64,000 nt of DNA from Octopus vulgaris (taxonomy: Eukaryota), in the NCBI GenBank assembly GCA_951406725.2, contig OX597820.1, positions 82,088,001 through 82,152,000 of the forward strand. Direction: 5' to 3'. The translations under genes and the position numbers were made by a program. The notes beneath the pieces are model-generated. The model made no database searches. It was not told the DNA's origin and saw only the letters and a list, made by a program, of their open reading frames with translations. This document shows, in pieces, positions 14,754-28,185 of this stretch. The stretch's first letter is position 1. Each line of letters begins with the position of its first letter.

Positions 14754-14765
14754 TATATATATATA

Positions 14766-17068
14766 CTAGCAGAAGTACCCGGCTTTGCTCGGGATTCAAA
14801 TACTACAATGCTCTTGATACTTGGTAAATTTTTGTCCTAAATAACGTTAACGCCAAATTGTAACAAAAGTGTAACAAATTGTAACAAAATTGGTCGCCGG
14901 CTACCGCTGAAGCCAATCAGTAACAGTTTGACGCGAAGGGCTTTAATGCGTTCTAAGATGGTGTAACATTCACGGGTAGAGTTGCCCTGAAAAAGGCTTT
15001 TTTGTCATTCTTACAGCGGTAAGAATTTAATGAGAAGCTCTGAAAAGTACTGTAATGTGTTCTCATGTGGTGTAAAGTTGATCTGAAAAGGGCCTTTTTT
15101 CGTTTACACTGAAAGCAACTGTTTAAAGGTAAACTCTGTGAAAACAGATGACAAACCTAGGTTAGACAAAGGAAAAGAAACATGGTTGAGGAAAGTTGGT
15201 AACTTTGAAAGCATGATTACAATAGCATCCACCACATATCAGGTCTGCAAGGTTGCACTGGTGTAGTGGAGGCATAGAGGTTCACGAATTTAAAAGCAGT
15301 TGGCGCGTGAAGTGCCTACAACACACTTCTGTAGACCACATTTTTCGTTTTGCCATTAGGGGCAAGTACGAATAGATTTTGTTTGCTTCTAACTCTGGAG
15401 CATCCGACATATAAGGCCATGAGAGAAACATGGCTGGCCCTCCTTCTCTTGGCAGCCGAAGCAGACTCTGTTTTACGACCAAGGTGTGTTCTTTTCTTAG
15501 GTGGCATGGCAGTAGTTTGGGACTATGTTTAAATTGCGAGTTTTAAAAAACGGGCAAAAAGGAACACAATTTGGCTTGATGTATAAAAAGTGAACCTAGT
15601 AAATGTATTATTCAAAAAAGGTGGAAGCACGGACTGACAGTTAGCTATGTGAACACAAAGACACTGAATGCAATATTTTTTAATGACGCGAAAGCTAAAA
15701 ACTGGCAGGCAGCAACAGGGGTTAACTCAATGGCGTATGGGAACAACGAATAATTTCCGGAAAGTATGAAGTTAAAGCAATAAGGTACGTTAAATGGTAG
15801 GCCTAACCTGTAAGCTGAAGCACGTATCAGATATGCACAAAAGTGCATCAATAATTACGATTTAACACTGGCATGATCAGGTGAACAGTTTTCCACCAAT
15901 GAAATTCAATCAAAGAATTAGTTGGACAGGCTCATTACAGTGCACAATCAATAGTGTTCATGCGCATAGGTCAAAGGTCATGTTCGCAGTTCACTCCTTT
16001 TTGGCAGACCATTGATATAATATCATTAAGAAAAATGGTGCTGAAAAGGGGGCATTATGATTGTCGGCGATAATGGGTGGTGAGTAAATACTAAGGACGT
16101 GGTAAATGCAATCATTCACACCAAATAAAAGGTTGAAGTGGGGGTGGCATCATGGCCGTAGGTGATAATAGAGGGTGGTTTAAGTAAACACTAATGTACA
16201 CAGATCAAAAAGAGGGATGCACATTAATAGTATTCACGCCCAAATGTCAAAGGTTATGCTCAAAGTTCACCCCCATATTATCACACTATGAGCAGAGGGC
16301 AATTAAAGAAAGTTTGTGCTGAAGTGACCGTAGACGATAACAGAGGGTATTTTAAGTAAACACTAATGCATACAGATCAAATCAGCGAAGTAAAACAGCC
16401 CCATCGATCCTTGGTGCATGAGTAAACGGCAGAAGTTGTAAGCAAAAAACCAATGTTAATCCAGTAAATTGCAAATTTAATGCAAATAAACTTGACAAAA
16501 TATTAGTTTTAAAACAGTCAATTAAGCATGGGTCATATTCTTGCCAAATTTGGAGCAAATCGGTTTTGGAACTGCGGAAAAACCGAATTTTATGCAGTTA
16601 TTCGCAGACTTTTTCCAGTCAATGAAGATTGACTTGACAAAGACATAGATTCTAAATAATTCTTAAAGCATGAGTGATGTTTGTGCTAAATTTGGAACGA
16701 ATCGGTTGGAAACTGCGGAAGTTAGTGGTAAAATCCGATTTTCACAATTAACATGGTTGACCTTGACACAAATTTCAAGCAAAGTAATTCTTATGTCATG
16801 AGTAATGCTCATGTCAAATTTGGAAGAAATCGCTCGAAAAACCAAGAAGTTATCGGGAAAAAAATCTGGGTTTCTGAATAGCTATTCGTAGTTCTTGCTT
16901 ATACGCGGGGGGTCTCGAAAATATAAAGTAGGTCATGACCACTCTTGGAGCATAAGCTATCAGTGTGTCAAGTTTGAGCGAAAACGGTTGAAAAATGTGG
17001 AAATGCATAACTACCACACACACACGCGCACACATACAGACATATGTTTTGCACACAAATATATATAC
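14766..17068 (-). mobile_element. Non-autonomous Helitron carrying a RepHel N-/C-terminus fusion
   Basis: 3' hairpin cccgagcaaagccggg + CTAG|T at 14765-14793. ORF 15316..15507 joins MPPKKRTHLGRKT..KRRRAS to LYVGCSRVRSKQNLFVLAPNGKTKNVVY (PIF1 C-terminus). 5' end approximate. Confidence 0.78.
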
Positions 17069-17393
17069 ATATATACTCATATGTGTGTGGGAGGTGTTTA
17101 TGTTTATGTTTGTGGGAGTATTTTATGTATGTATACATGCATGTATGTATGTATATATGCCTTTATATAAACGTGTGTAGATAAATATAAGTACTGAACC
17201 TATAAGTATTGTAAGGGGAATTAATTAAATTTTATTAAATACCCCACTATGTAGAAAGAAAACAAAAGCCTAGTGGCATTGTTAGCAACAATCAAAGAAA
17301 AGTTTTAAATTTGAAGAACTCACGAATTACACACACACACACATTCACACATGCATAACTATGAGTGTGTGTGTGTGTATTTGAATATATATG

Positions 17394-18237
17394 CAGGGTA
17401 TTCGAGCTAAATTTGCATAAAAGGAAAAGAATCCCAAAAATCAAGGTATATCAAAAATTATCAACTGAGTTATAACTGATAGATAATCGTTTACTCAAAG
17501 TCCCTGCGCTCCGCTTCAACCATAACCTGAAGACGGCTCTGGAACCTCGCGCATGCTTTCCTCACGGTGTGACTGGAAAGATATTTGAGCACCTCCTTAA
17601 TTTTGACCACGAGCTCGGCCTTGGTGCTGCAGGTAAGGCAGTTGGGTTTTTTTCTCAATAGCGTCTCACACATATGATTACAATCGAGGGAATTTGGAGG
17701 CCAGAAATTGGGGACAGAGAAGTGGTAGAAATTCTTCGACAACCACTTCTGTGTCTTTCCTGAGATATGACAAGGAGCCGAACACTGCTGCCACACAAAT
17801 GGTCTTCTAGCAGTAACCCACTCCAGCCAAGATATAACCAGCCTCCAACAGCTTTACATAGTCGCTTGAATTGAGCTTAAAGTCATATTTAAAAAAGTAC
17901 GACAGTATGACATCGCTCTCACTGGAGTCACACCCAAAGACCATCATCATCCTATTGGCTACGGCTTGAAAGTCTCCGTTGCAGCTGTCTCTGTCAGATC
18001 TTTCCAGTCAGCAGGAGTTAGGACGTTGGTGCTTTGGTACTCGGCGCGACTCATCATGATAAAAGTAACTGTTTTCCAATACTCAGATAGCTTCCAGTCC
18101 CATATGAAGCTAACTTCGAATCAGCTACAACTTTAATCTTTATGCTCTTCGACACTGTAGACTGTTCATCTATATATTAAGCTGTTCGTCAAAAAGAAAA
18201 GACATAAATAATCGTCAAATTTAACCCGAATTTTCAG
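17394..18237 (-). mobile_element. Decayed Tc1/mariner-superfamily (maT/DD37D-like) transposon
   Basis: ORF 17491..17796 WQQCSAPCH...FWPPNSLDCN...RKACARFQSRLQVMVEAE. Imperfect TIRs cagggtattcgagctaaatttg / caaatttaacccgaattttcag in TA context. Confidence 0.85.
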
Positions 18238-18457
18238 TATATACGTGTGTGTGTGTGTGCGTTCGTGCCTGTACACAATGTGCCGCACATCAGAACTGAA
18301 TCCAAGATCATATAGTTGGGAAGCAAGTTTCTTACCAATATAGCCATGCCTGCACCTATATATATAACCTTAGCGCATTTTCAACCCTTATTATCTCTCT
18401 CTCTCTCTCGCTAGCTTTGTGCATATATATATATATATATATACATACACACATACA

Positions 18458-18488
<31 letters not shown>

Positions 18489-18567
18489 GTATACACACGC
18501 ATACACGCACGCACACACACACACACATATATACATACATACATACATACATACATACATACATACA

Positions 18568-18603
<36 letters not shown>

Positions 18604-18777
18604 GTTATGAAGATTAATGTTTATTGCCGCATCAATATGGATATTCGACGTTACTACCGTTTTAACCCAGGCAGGTTTGTTGTTATTAGGATTCTGAAAA
18701 ATCAAGGCACACCACCGGCATTCGACATACATGCATATTATATACACGCATACATACATACATACATACATACAAAC

Positions 18778-18843
<66 letters not shown>

Positions 18844-18884
18844 CAAACAAGAAAGCACAAAAAAACACAACAACGCGAGGACGT

Positions 18885-18920
18885 GGAATAACGTTTCGAT
18901 CGGAGCTCTTCGTCGGAAAC
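18885..18920 (-). ncRNA. Degenerate minimal hammerhead ribozyme
   Basis: Minus strand: guuu-CCGACGA-agagcuccgauc-GAAACGUU-a, core U4 changed to C and helix I eroded. Lies downstream of PLE-like KVKLFIRYLKKQRYGLT (ORF 18738..19100). Confidence 0.5.
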
Positions 18921-19333
18921 ATAGGAGAAGGAAAGATCCAGAGAAGGGAAGACAGGGGAAAAAAATATCGTTGCTATCATACAAAATGTCGTAAGTCCAT
19001 AACGTTGTTTCTTCAGATAACGAATAAATAGTTTCACCTTTCCATCCAAAATCGTTGTACTACACTTTGACAATTTTTGATATCTTAGCCTCTGAAGCAA
19101 CTGGAGTTACGATAGTTTGACTAAAAGAACTGGCTTTTGCAATCAAAAGTATATATTGAAAAATAAACGCATTTGGACAAATTTGGACAATCGACAGTTT
19201 AACATAATAGATATATTTATACACATTACTTATTGTGTATATATGTGTGTGTGTGTATGTATAATACACACACACACACACGTATATATACACACATACG
19301 CATATACAAACAAAAATTCGCTCACATATAGTG

Positions 19334-19371
<38 letters not shown>

Positions 19372-20769
19372 TCTCCTTTCTTATAATACGCTTCTCTCTA
19401 AACACGCACACGCTTTATTGATCTGTTTGCCTGTTGTCTGACACTGAATGCAACAGTAATTTTCACTGTCCGCTATCTGATTCTATCAGTTAAACAAGTA
19501 AACAAGATTCTAATAGTAACTCAGTTGTTTTCGCTTATACTTCTGCTCGCGAAACAATGCAAGGAATCTCAAGATGCAGAAATTCCTAAGAAAACAAAAG
19601 AACCAATATCCACCTACCCTTTACCCCATCTCCACAAACAGAAAGTCGCCCCCATATAAACATTACAAGAATTATTTTCAATCCATAGTTTAACCTTCTT
19701 TTTAAGATGTTTCCGAATACATCATCCTAGTTTTTAAATACATTTTGGCATTATTTTCTTATTTTTGTCTTTTCTTTTGTGTTTGTTTCTTTTAACATTC
19801 CCATCTTTAATGTTAAGGATCTTCATGCCAATTTAACGTTGAGCCACCATGTTGTTATTGTAGCGGTTGTTGCTTTTATGGTTGTAGTTGTTGGCTTTTG
19901 TCGTAGTTGTAGTTGTTTTTGTTGTTGATTTTGTTTGGCAGAATCGGTGAAACGACCGATAAAATACCGTACTCAATTTGATGACTGCTTTTACTTTCCT
20001 AGTTCAAATCCTATCAATATTTCAGTTTGCCTTTCATATCTTAGTAATCGATGAATAACACACATACGCTTACATATATAAATATATTAGAAAAACAGCA
20101 TACTGTTTAACCCTTCACGGGAAAACCATAGGTTTTTTTATGAAGTTCTGTTGTTTATAAGTAAAGAGTGATTCCTGTTTGTATAAAAGTACATTTCTCA
20201 CGCGATACCAATGCCAATGAAAGTAGCACTCAACACAAATGGTTGAGTTACGTGGATTTACTGGCAGTCTGACTCAGCTTCACCTTACATAAAATTTCGT
20301 GAACGTAGCTCACATCTACATCATCAAATTTTCAGAGAGAGGAAGAGAATTTGAAAGAAATTTAAGATAGATTTTAGGTGAGTGTATATAAACCCCCAAT
20401 GGTTAACTTTCTGGTTACTTGGCTGTGTTTGCTACCGTAGCATCATCAATTATTATAATGGCAGTTCCCCGTACTGGAGTAGACAAGATGTTGGCACCAT
20501 TTTGTTGACATTGTGCAGAATGTAGCAACATCAGATCTTTAGACTGGATATTGCAAGTGGTAGGGCAGACAAGATGTTGGTATCAGTTACTCATCAATCT
20601 GCAGAGTGTGGTATTTCAGTGGCAACAATTACCTCATAGAGAGGAAACTGATTTGATTGCATTAGCTTACATGTGAGTTTGCGTGAGAGACTTGAGATAT
20701 AATTGCAATCTCTACCGATAAACCCTGCCATTGTATGTGGGTAAGCCAGATCAAGCTTATTAGCAGCCA

Positions 20770-22830
20770 ATTGCTTGAAGTTCATTAACAGAACGATGTT
20801 CCTCTCGTGACAACAATACTACTGGTTATTTTTTTCCAATTGATAGATATTGCAGGCTGGTGGATCATGTGAAGTTTTTCGCGGTGGCAGACTTGGCAAT
20901 TACGAGCTCGAGATGGGAAGATGGGGACGTCGTTCTAATAGTGCTTGACCCTCATGATGAAATTGAAGAGTGAATAGGTATTTCCGTCTTCCAACACCAG
21001 AAGGAGCACATGTATGACGTGTATCTTCCCTTAAAGTCATTGACTGTCCTATCCGTATAGTGTCTTGTGATGCTATCGGGTGGTGTGAGGGTGGCTTTTT
21101 GTGAATCAAACTCAATCTCAATGGGCAATTTGTAGAATCTTGGAAGTTACAACCTGGAGTGTAGGTTGAAGACTATGTGTGTGGTTTCTTCTGTTTTAGT
21201 GTGCAATAATGAAAGCGAAGGTATCTAAGCTAGAGTAGCTATCCTTGATGTTATGAAAATCTTAAAAAAATTTGACATCGATAGGCCGTTGGGAAATACT
21301 TTCAAATTAGTATGAAGACGTACCATGCTATATTAGTTTAAGCATCTAGATTAAATGTAGGATTAAATCAGATTAGTCTTCTATTTCTTAATGTAGGATT
21401 AAATCAGATTAGTCTTCTATTTCTTAATCTCTTCGGACTTTGTGGATAAAGGTTCTCTTCGGATTTTGGGAATGAAGGTTACACAAACGTATCGGCAAAG
21501 CTATTCTTCGTTAGTGATTCGTTATAGTCCGGTATAGTCCTGTTGGAAATCTCTCTGCCCACCAGTAGACTGAAGATTCTTCTGATGGTGACAGTAACTA
21601 GTTTTCTAACTGCAGCTAGAGTGTGGTTGAAGTATTTTTGACACTCCAATCACCCTCAGGATCAGTTTACAGATATTTCTGTAAAAGTAATGCATGCCTG
21701 TTTCGAGATCTAGGCTTACGTTCAGTAAGTTAGCCTATTTTTAACTTGTGGTAGTAACAGTTTACTGCCAGGCCAAAGTTTTTGAATTCTACTTGAATTT
21801 GTCCATGGAGGGGCCGATCATATGGTTTGAGGCCGAACTGTGGGGGTGTGGATATTATTTTAGAGCATCCAAGATAAATGACACCACAGGATTGACAACC
21901 TCAGTCCCGTCATAACTCCCCGTGGATACATCGAACTATGAGTCGCCTTCCATTTTTGTTTTTACCATATAAGAATCATCGTGAATAGGGAATGACTTTC
22001 TAGCATTCACAACGATTCTGACATTGAGGTCGCTACTTCTAGAGATGGAATTTCGAAACTGAAGTGTAGAAATCCGTGAGTAAACTTGCAAGTTGCTTTA
22101 TGCATGATTCTAGTTGATTACCGCAGTGCTGCACTTTCCCAGGCTCAGCCATGTAGCCTTCTGATACTGAAGCTGATGCTATTAAAACTATGATTACATT
22201 GCAACCCATGCTCCCAGAGAAGTTCAGTAGCTGGCATTTAAGACTGAAAACTTGTTGGACTTGTCGTTAAGCTTCACAGAAGGTTGGGCCGTTGCGAGAC
22301 AGTTCGAACAATCTTCTATCTTTAGGCTTCTTCGCTTTGGTATTTGTGTCATTGTAGATTGAAATGATTTTCTTGTGTGTTTTGGTGATAGTGTTTGTAA
22401 GAAGTCTTATATTTGGGGGAGCGTTTGTTTCATGAATGTTCTTTGATTTGTTAGCGAAGACGTATGCATTAGGTAGGTGCTTGCTTATGTAACTCTTTAA
22501 AGAGTTTGGGAATGGGTTAGAACGATTCTGGAATTTTACCTTTTAGATGATGTTTAGTAAATTAACTTTGAAATTCTCAAAGTTTTCTATCCTAGGAGGG
22601 TATTTTCGGAATTTAAAGCTTGACGATCTAGACTTACACTTTCTCTTTTCTTAATAAAGTATGTTAAAAAAGGCTCCGGATGTATTGGCTGTTGGATCCT
22701 CAAAGAACAAGGCTTTCCAGCACATGTCTTTGGCTACGCTTAATATTTTCTCGATAAGGCATGTTGAATAATACTTCTTTGTCGGAATTTGGATGTTTTT
22801 CAGCAATTATTATTCCAATTTCATCCTTTT
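20770..22830 (-). mobile_element. Near full-span, heavily decayed Penelope-like element (RT + GIY-YIG)
   Basis: Minus-strand motifs in the expected order: LKNIQIPTKKYYSTCLIEKI..MCWKALFF; NLLNVSLDLETG; NHTL..RRIFSL..YNESLTKNSF; RNRRLI*FNPTFN...TNIA; GCNFQDSTNCPL; IRIGQS; CHREKLHMI. Confidence 0.8.
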
Positions 22831-24527
22831 CTTGCACCTTGTCAGGCAATGAGTAGTGCAGCTACCCACACCTTCCACGAGGTACATAATCCACCCATAC
22901 CCCTGTCTTAGACACGGCTTTGCAGACTCAGTAGTCTACGCTGCTCTTCGCTTACGTCCTGTCCTGATCTCAATTTCAACCTGAGAGTCTTTTGCGTTGA
23001 AAGTCTTAATATTGCAATACGTGTCACCATGAATTCTTCTCTCGAGCTCCTTATGGAACCGTCAATCTTTTACTCAAACCAAACATGACGATGCTACTCA
23101 GACTCCGAGGAAGTCCTAACCATTCCCCAAGGAATCTGCTGATTGATTCTCCACTCAAAGCTCTCTAGTGCAGACATTGTGACCTCATATACCAAGATCT
23201 CTGAAAGAATCAATGGTAGATCCAGGCCTTAAATTTATCAGGTAGACCTGATTAATTCATTGTGGATTACTAGGCTTCCAGTTCTTTGCTGGTTTCACAG
23301 AGGTAAGTTGAGGATTTCAGGCTACCGTTAAATACCTTTCCCGGGTTCTTCACAAGTATCACAATGATGGATTGCACCTGTATGCTAGCAACCGAGAAAC
23401 CGAACTTGCTACAAACTCTTACTTCAGTATAAGAGATCTGAACTTGACCTGGTTTTGAACTCATGCAAGCCCAGATCATCAACTCCTCAAGGCTCTTCTT
23501 GCTGTTGTTGTCGCAGTCAGTCCTTCCATAAAAGCCCTCATTGGTGGTGGGGGACGACTGTTAGACACATGAGTGGCCCTCTGTACTGCATTAACAAACT
23601 TTATTAGTGTGTTCATTTCAAGTATCAATGAAATGGTACGTTCAATGATATGTGCTCTTATTGAGTTTGTGCCACTCTAATGTTCTTCAAGTACAGACTC
23701 CCAGATTGAAGTTGTTCTAGTAGACCAGAAAGAGATATCCGAACCTTTCTGAGACTTGTTTCCTGTTCAAAGTTCTCCAGCCAGCTTATAGAGTATTGAC
23801 ACATAGGCATTTGCAAGATCCAACACTGCTAAATCTCCGTAGTTCATTGGGGTTCCCTCAAGCAAGTGAATAAACACATCAAGTTATCCCATACACTTAC
23901 TTGCGACGGTGCTGCAGTTCCATTATGTCACAATCGTAGTATTTATAAGAATATGAATGCTGAATAAGATTAAATTCAATTTGGAGGTGTTTATTTAGTC
24001 TGCATATAGGATTTTAGAGAAACAGACTTATGATCTTTAAGGGTGATGTATGTTTTGTACATAGTAAACACTGCGCTCTATGCACCTTATACTTTTAATG
24101 GAAGGCTACTTCTTTTGCATTTACGATTTAAGGGAGGAGTTTGGGAAATTTTGTACGGTTTGGCAATGTTATTTGCCTGAAATTGAAAGTGTGTTATGGC
24201 ATAATGCGTGTGAAAGTACATGAATTTTTAAGGGAAAATTTCAATGGCTTTATGTAATTCTTTAGGAAGAAGGTAATGCGGTGTCTAATTCATACTCTTT
24301 ATTTTAACAAACTGACCAAATTTGCATTCGAAATCTTTAAGATCCTTAATGTTGTATTGTGGATTGGGGTGTATATTCTGTCTTAATCAGTACTTATCTA
24401 TGAATATTCCACTAGTTCTTTGTGCCTATAATGTATGTGTGCGTGTATGTATGTATGTATGTATGTATGTATGTATGTATGTATGTATGTATGTATGTAT
24501 GTATGTATGTATGCTTGTATGTATGTA

Positions 24528-24599
<72 letters not shown>

Positions 24600-24747
24600 T
24601 CAACAATATAAAGGAATGACCCTGGTAGGCCATTCGTCTCACTAGAAAGAGCAGCCATACTCAAACCGCTAAATAGTAGTAATTCAGAAATTAAAATTCG
24701 CTGGTGGCGAAAAAATTTCTATTGAATTTTTTGCTACCCTTATATTG

Positions 24748-24809
<62 letters not shown>

Positions 24810-25207
24810 TACAAGGAGAGAGAGAGTGGGAGAGAGAGTGAGAGGGATAGAGAGACTGAGGTCACTGTTTCGATACTAATGAAAGTAGCTATGAATTATG
24901 GAAGGCTCTGTGTTTCAGTGATAAGATCTCCACGAACCAGTTTCGACTTCCAGTTCGAATCGCTTCACCTCACTCCACTTACGCCGATAATGCGTGTTGT
25001 ACAGTAATAAACGTCAAAAATAACTGATTCCCCTCCTGCAAAAATCTCAAGATTGTTGTTTATGTAAGAAACAATTAATGCTTTCGTTGCTTAAGTGTGT
25101 TTTTATTGAGTATTAAATATATTTAAAAAAAAAAGCGAAAGAGTATATATATTTGTTCGCTTGTGTGTCTATGTCTGTGTGTTTGTTTGTGGGTATGTCT
25201 GTGTGTA

Positions 25208-25248
<41 letters not shown>

Positions 25249-25435
25249 AGAGAGAGAGAGGTGTAGGGAGGAAGACAAAAGATGTTACGGAAAAGAAGTA
25301 AAAGAAATTGCTGGAATATTTGCACGATAGCTTGTCTTCTGTGGTATTTAAAATACTATATGATGGATGTAAGGAATCATGAGATTTTGCCTCAAGCAGA
25401 GCTACACATTTCAGAGAAGCAAACACAAATGTATG

Positions 25436-25523
<88 letters not shown>

Positions 25524-25547
25524 TATACGTCCATAAATATACATAGA

Positions 25548-25588
<41 letters not shown>

Positions 25589-26234
25589 GCATGTATGTAT
25601 GCATGCATACACACATATTCACATCACATTCACGCCATGCCACACAAACACATCATCATAAGCACACGTGTATATACAGAGGGAGAGAGAGAGAGAGAGA
25701 GAGAGAGATTGGATCCGTAATGAGTATAACCATTGCTTGAGCGGTATGTATGTATGTATGTATCTATGTTTTCTTCTTCTCTTTTAAATTTAGAGTTAAT
25801 TCTGACCGACCACCTGCTTGGTAGCAATGCTGTGAAAGAAAGCATATTGTTGTATTCATCTTAAAATGCCTTGCCAATTTTTATTCTGTCTGGGATCGTG
25901 GTCATTTCTAGTGTTTGAATTAGGGAGTTGCATCCCATCCACCACCGAAAAAACCCAAGTTCAGCCACACTTTGCTTCGGGCGAGTTAGTAAATATCCAG
26001 AAACTGAAAGTGTATCTAGAGTACTGAATGTGCAAACTCCTTAACAGTGGTGCATAGATGTTTTCTTTCTCTTGTATTTTTCTGACCCTAATTATGTCCA
26101 AAGGGCAGCTGATTGTCACAACAAAGGTTTTTTTCTACAGTTCTATATATAAGAGATGAGGAATTATGTACATTATTTATATTATTTGCGTTATTTACGT
26201 TTGACGGATATTTGTCCTCATCTTGATTGTTGTT

Positions 26235-26280
26235 AACACAACGTTTCGGCTGATATACTCCCCAGCCTTCATCAGGTGTC
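26235..26280 (-). ncRNA. Minimal type I hammerhead ribozyme (intact core)
   Basis: GACAC-CUGAUGA-A-GGCUG(loop)CAGCC-GAAACGUU-GUGUU: helix I 5 bp, helix II 5 bp, helix III palindrome ACGU, GUU cleavage triplet. Confidence 0.82.
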
Positions 26281-26329
26281 CTGGCGAAATTTCGAACCTG
26301 GGTTCTCATTCCTAAGGTATTTTTCGATG

Positions 26330-26330
<1 letters not shown>

Positions 26331-26403
<73 letters not shown>

Positions 26404-26425
26404 ATTATTATTATTATTATTATCA
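26331..26425. repeat. (ATT)n tract, tail or target of the adjacent LINE
   Basis: Seen directly. Confidence 0.95.
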
Positions 26426-28185
26426 TTCAGTAGTTTTATTTTTATAGCGTGCTTTCACTTCACTACCGAGCGCACCTCTGTGTGCCATGGGTATGTGCTG
26501 TGATTTGTTGTGATGCTCTGATGGTTACTGTATTGAAAGTGTTTTGCGTAGGATGTGTGTAGTGCCCAGCAGTGCAATTTTCTGTATGTTATATGTGTTT
26601 GTAAGTCCTGGTGTTTTTGTTATGTATTTGTCTGAATAATGCGCCTACTATGATAGGAATTGTTTCTGTTTTTAGATTCCACATTCGAGTTATCTCTATT
26701 TCTATGTCTTTGTATTTAAAAATGTTTCCATTTCTTTTAGAGACACGTTGTCATCTGCTGGTAATGATACATCAATTAGAAAGCATTTTTTTCTTCATGA
26801 TCTCTTACAACTATATCTGGCCTATTGGCCTTAATTTCTCCATCTGTGTGTATTGGCATATCTCAAAGTATGGTTGCTTTCTCGTTTTCTGTGACCTTTT
26901 ATGGTGTGTGTCTATACCATCTTTTTTCTGTTGTTATTCCATAATGTTGGCATAGCTTCCAGTGTATGTAGGTCCCAACTCTGTCGTGTCTGTGAATATA
27001 TTCCTTCTTAGCCAGGACTGGGCAGCCAGAGATAATATGATTTATTGTTTCTTGTCCATCTCCACATATTCTGCAGTTACTTGTTATGTTTCTTTTCTTT
27101 ATATGTTTTTGGTAATTTCTGGTGGGGAGGCTTTGGTCTTGTGCTGCAATTAAAAATCCCTCCGTCTCTGCTTTGAGTCCTGAGCTTCTCAACAATTGCT
27201 GAGATTTTTCTTTATCTATTTCTTTTGCATTTTGTTGAGTCCAGTATTTGCCATGAAGGGGCTTTTCTTGCCATCGTTTTATCATGGTCCGTTGCTGTTC
27301 TAGTTTTAGTTTAGATTTCATTTGTTTTATAGCTTTTGTTTCTTCTTCTTCTTCTTCTTCTTCTTCTTCTTCTTCTTCTTCTTCTTCTTCTTCTTCTTCT
27401 TCTTCTTCTTCTTTTTCTTCTTCTTCTTCTTCTTCTTCTTCTCCTTCTCCTCCTTCTTCTTCTTCTTCTTCCTCCTCTTCTTCTTTTTCTTCTTCTTCTT
27501 CTTCTTCTTCTTCTTCATATTTGTTAGGTGGTATGATTTCTTGTTTGTATTTGTCAGCTTCCTTAAATATTGAGAACAGTTTTTGCTTTGCTCGTGTTTT
27601 GCTGCTATTTGTATCAGTTTTCCTTGCTTCTGAAGTAGATATTTTTGCAGTCCTATGGTGTTTATTTTATAATAGTTTTTCAGCTGTATAAGGCCTCCAC
27701 CACCTTCTATATGTTGTATATATAGCCTTTCTATGTCAGATTTTGTGTGATGCATCCTAGATCCTGTCATTATTTTTCTTGCTTTCCTATCTATTTTGGT
27801 TAGTTCATTTAGTGTCAAGTTAAGGATATTGTAGCTGTAACTTATAACTGGGACGGCGAAAGTGTTAATACCTATTACTTTGTTTTTAGCATTGAGCTCT
27901 GTTTTTAGTATTGATCTAACTCGCCTATAGTATTCTTTCTTTATTTTCTCTTTCATTTGTGTGTGTTGTATCAGATCTAGTTCCTGGATTCCTAAATATT
28001 TGTAAGTTTGGCTTTGATCTAATTCTCTTATTTCATTGGCTTTATCTAGTGTGATGCTACTCTTAACTAATTTCCCTCTTTTCAGGGTTACTTTGGCGCT
28101 TTTTTCTAATCCAAATTTCATATCTATTTCTTTGGTAAATCCAAATTTTAGGTCATCCATATATAAAAGGCGGCTGATCCTTTTG
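26426..28185 (-). mobile_element. R4/Dong-like LINE, second family, 5'-truncated, ending in (TAA)n
   Basis: LLYMDDLK..MKFGLEK, YKYLGIQE, CRICGDGQETINHIISGC, YIHRHD. 3' UTR differs from the 8456-8645 family. Internal (GAA)n expansion at 27340-27515. Confidence 0.92.

Noticed and set aside
20335-20383. Possible short host exon (ttttcag ... AG|GTGAGT)
   Set aside because: Splice-like motifs alone occur by chance; needs RNA-seq.
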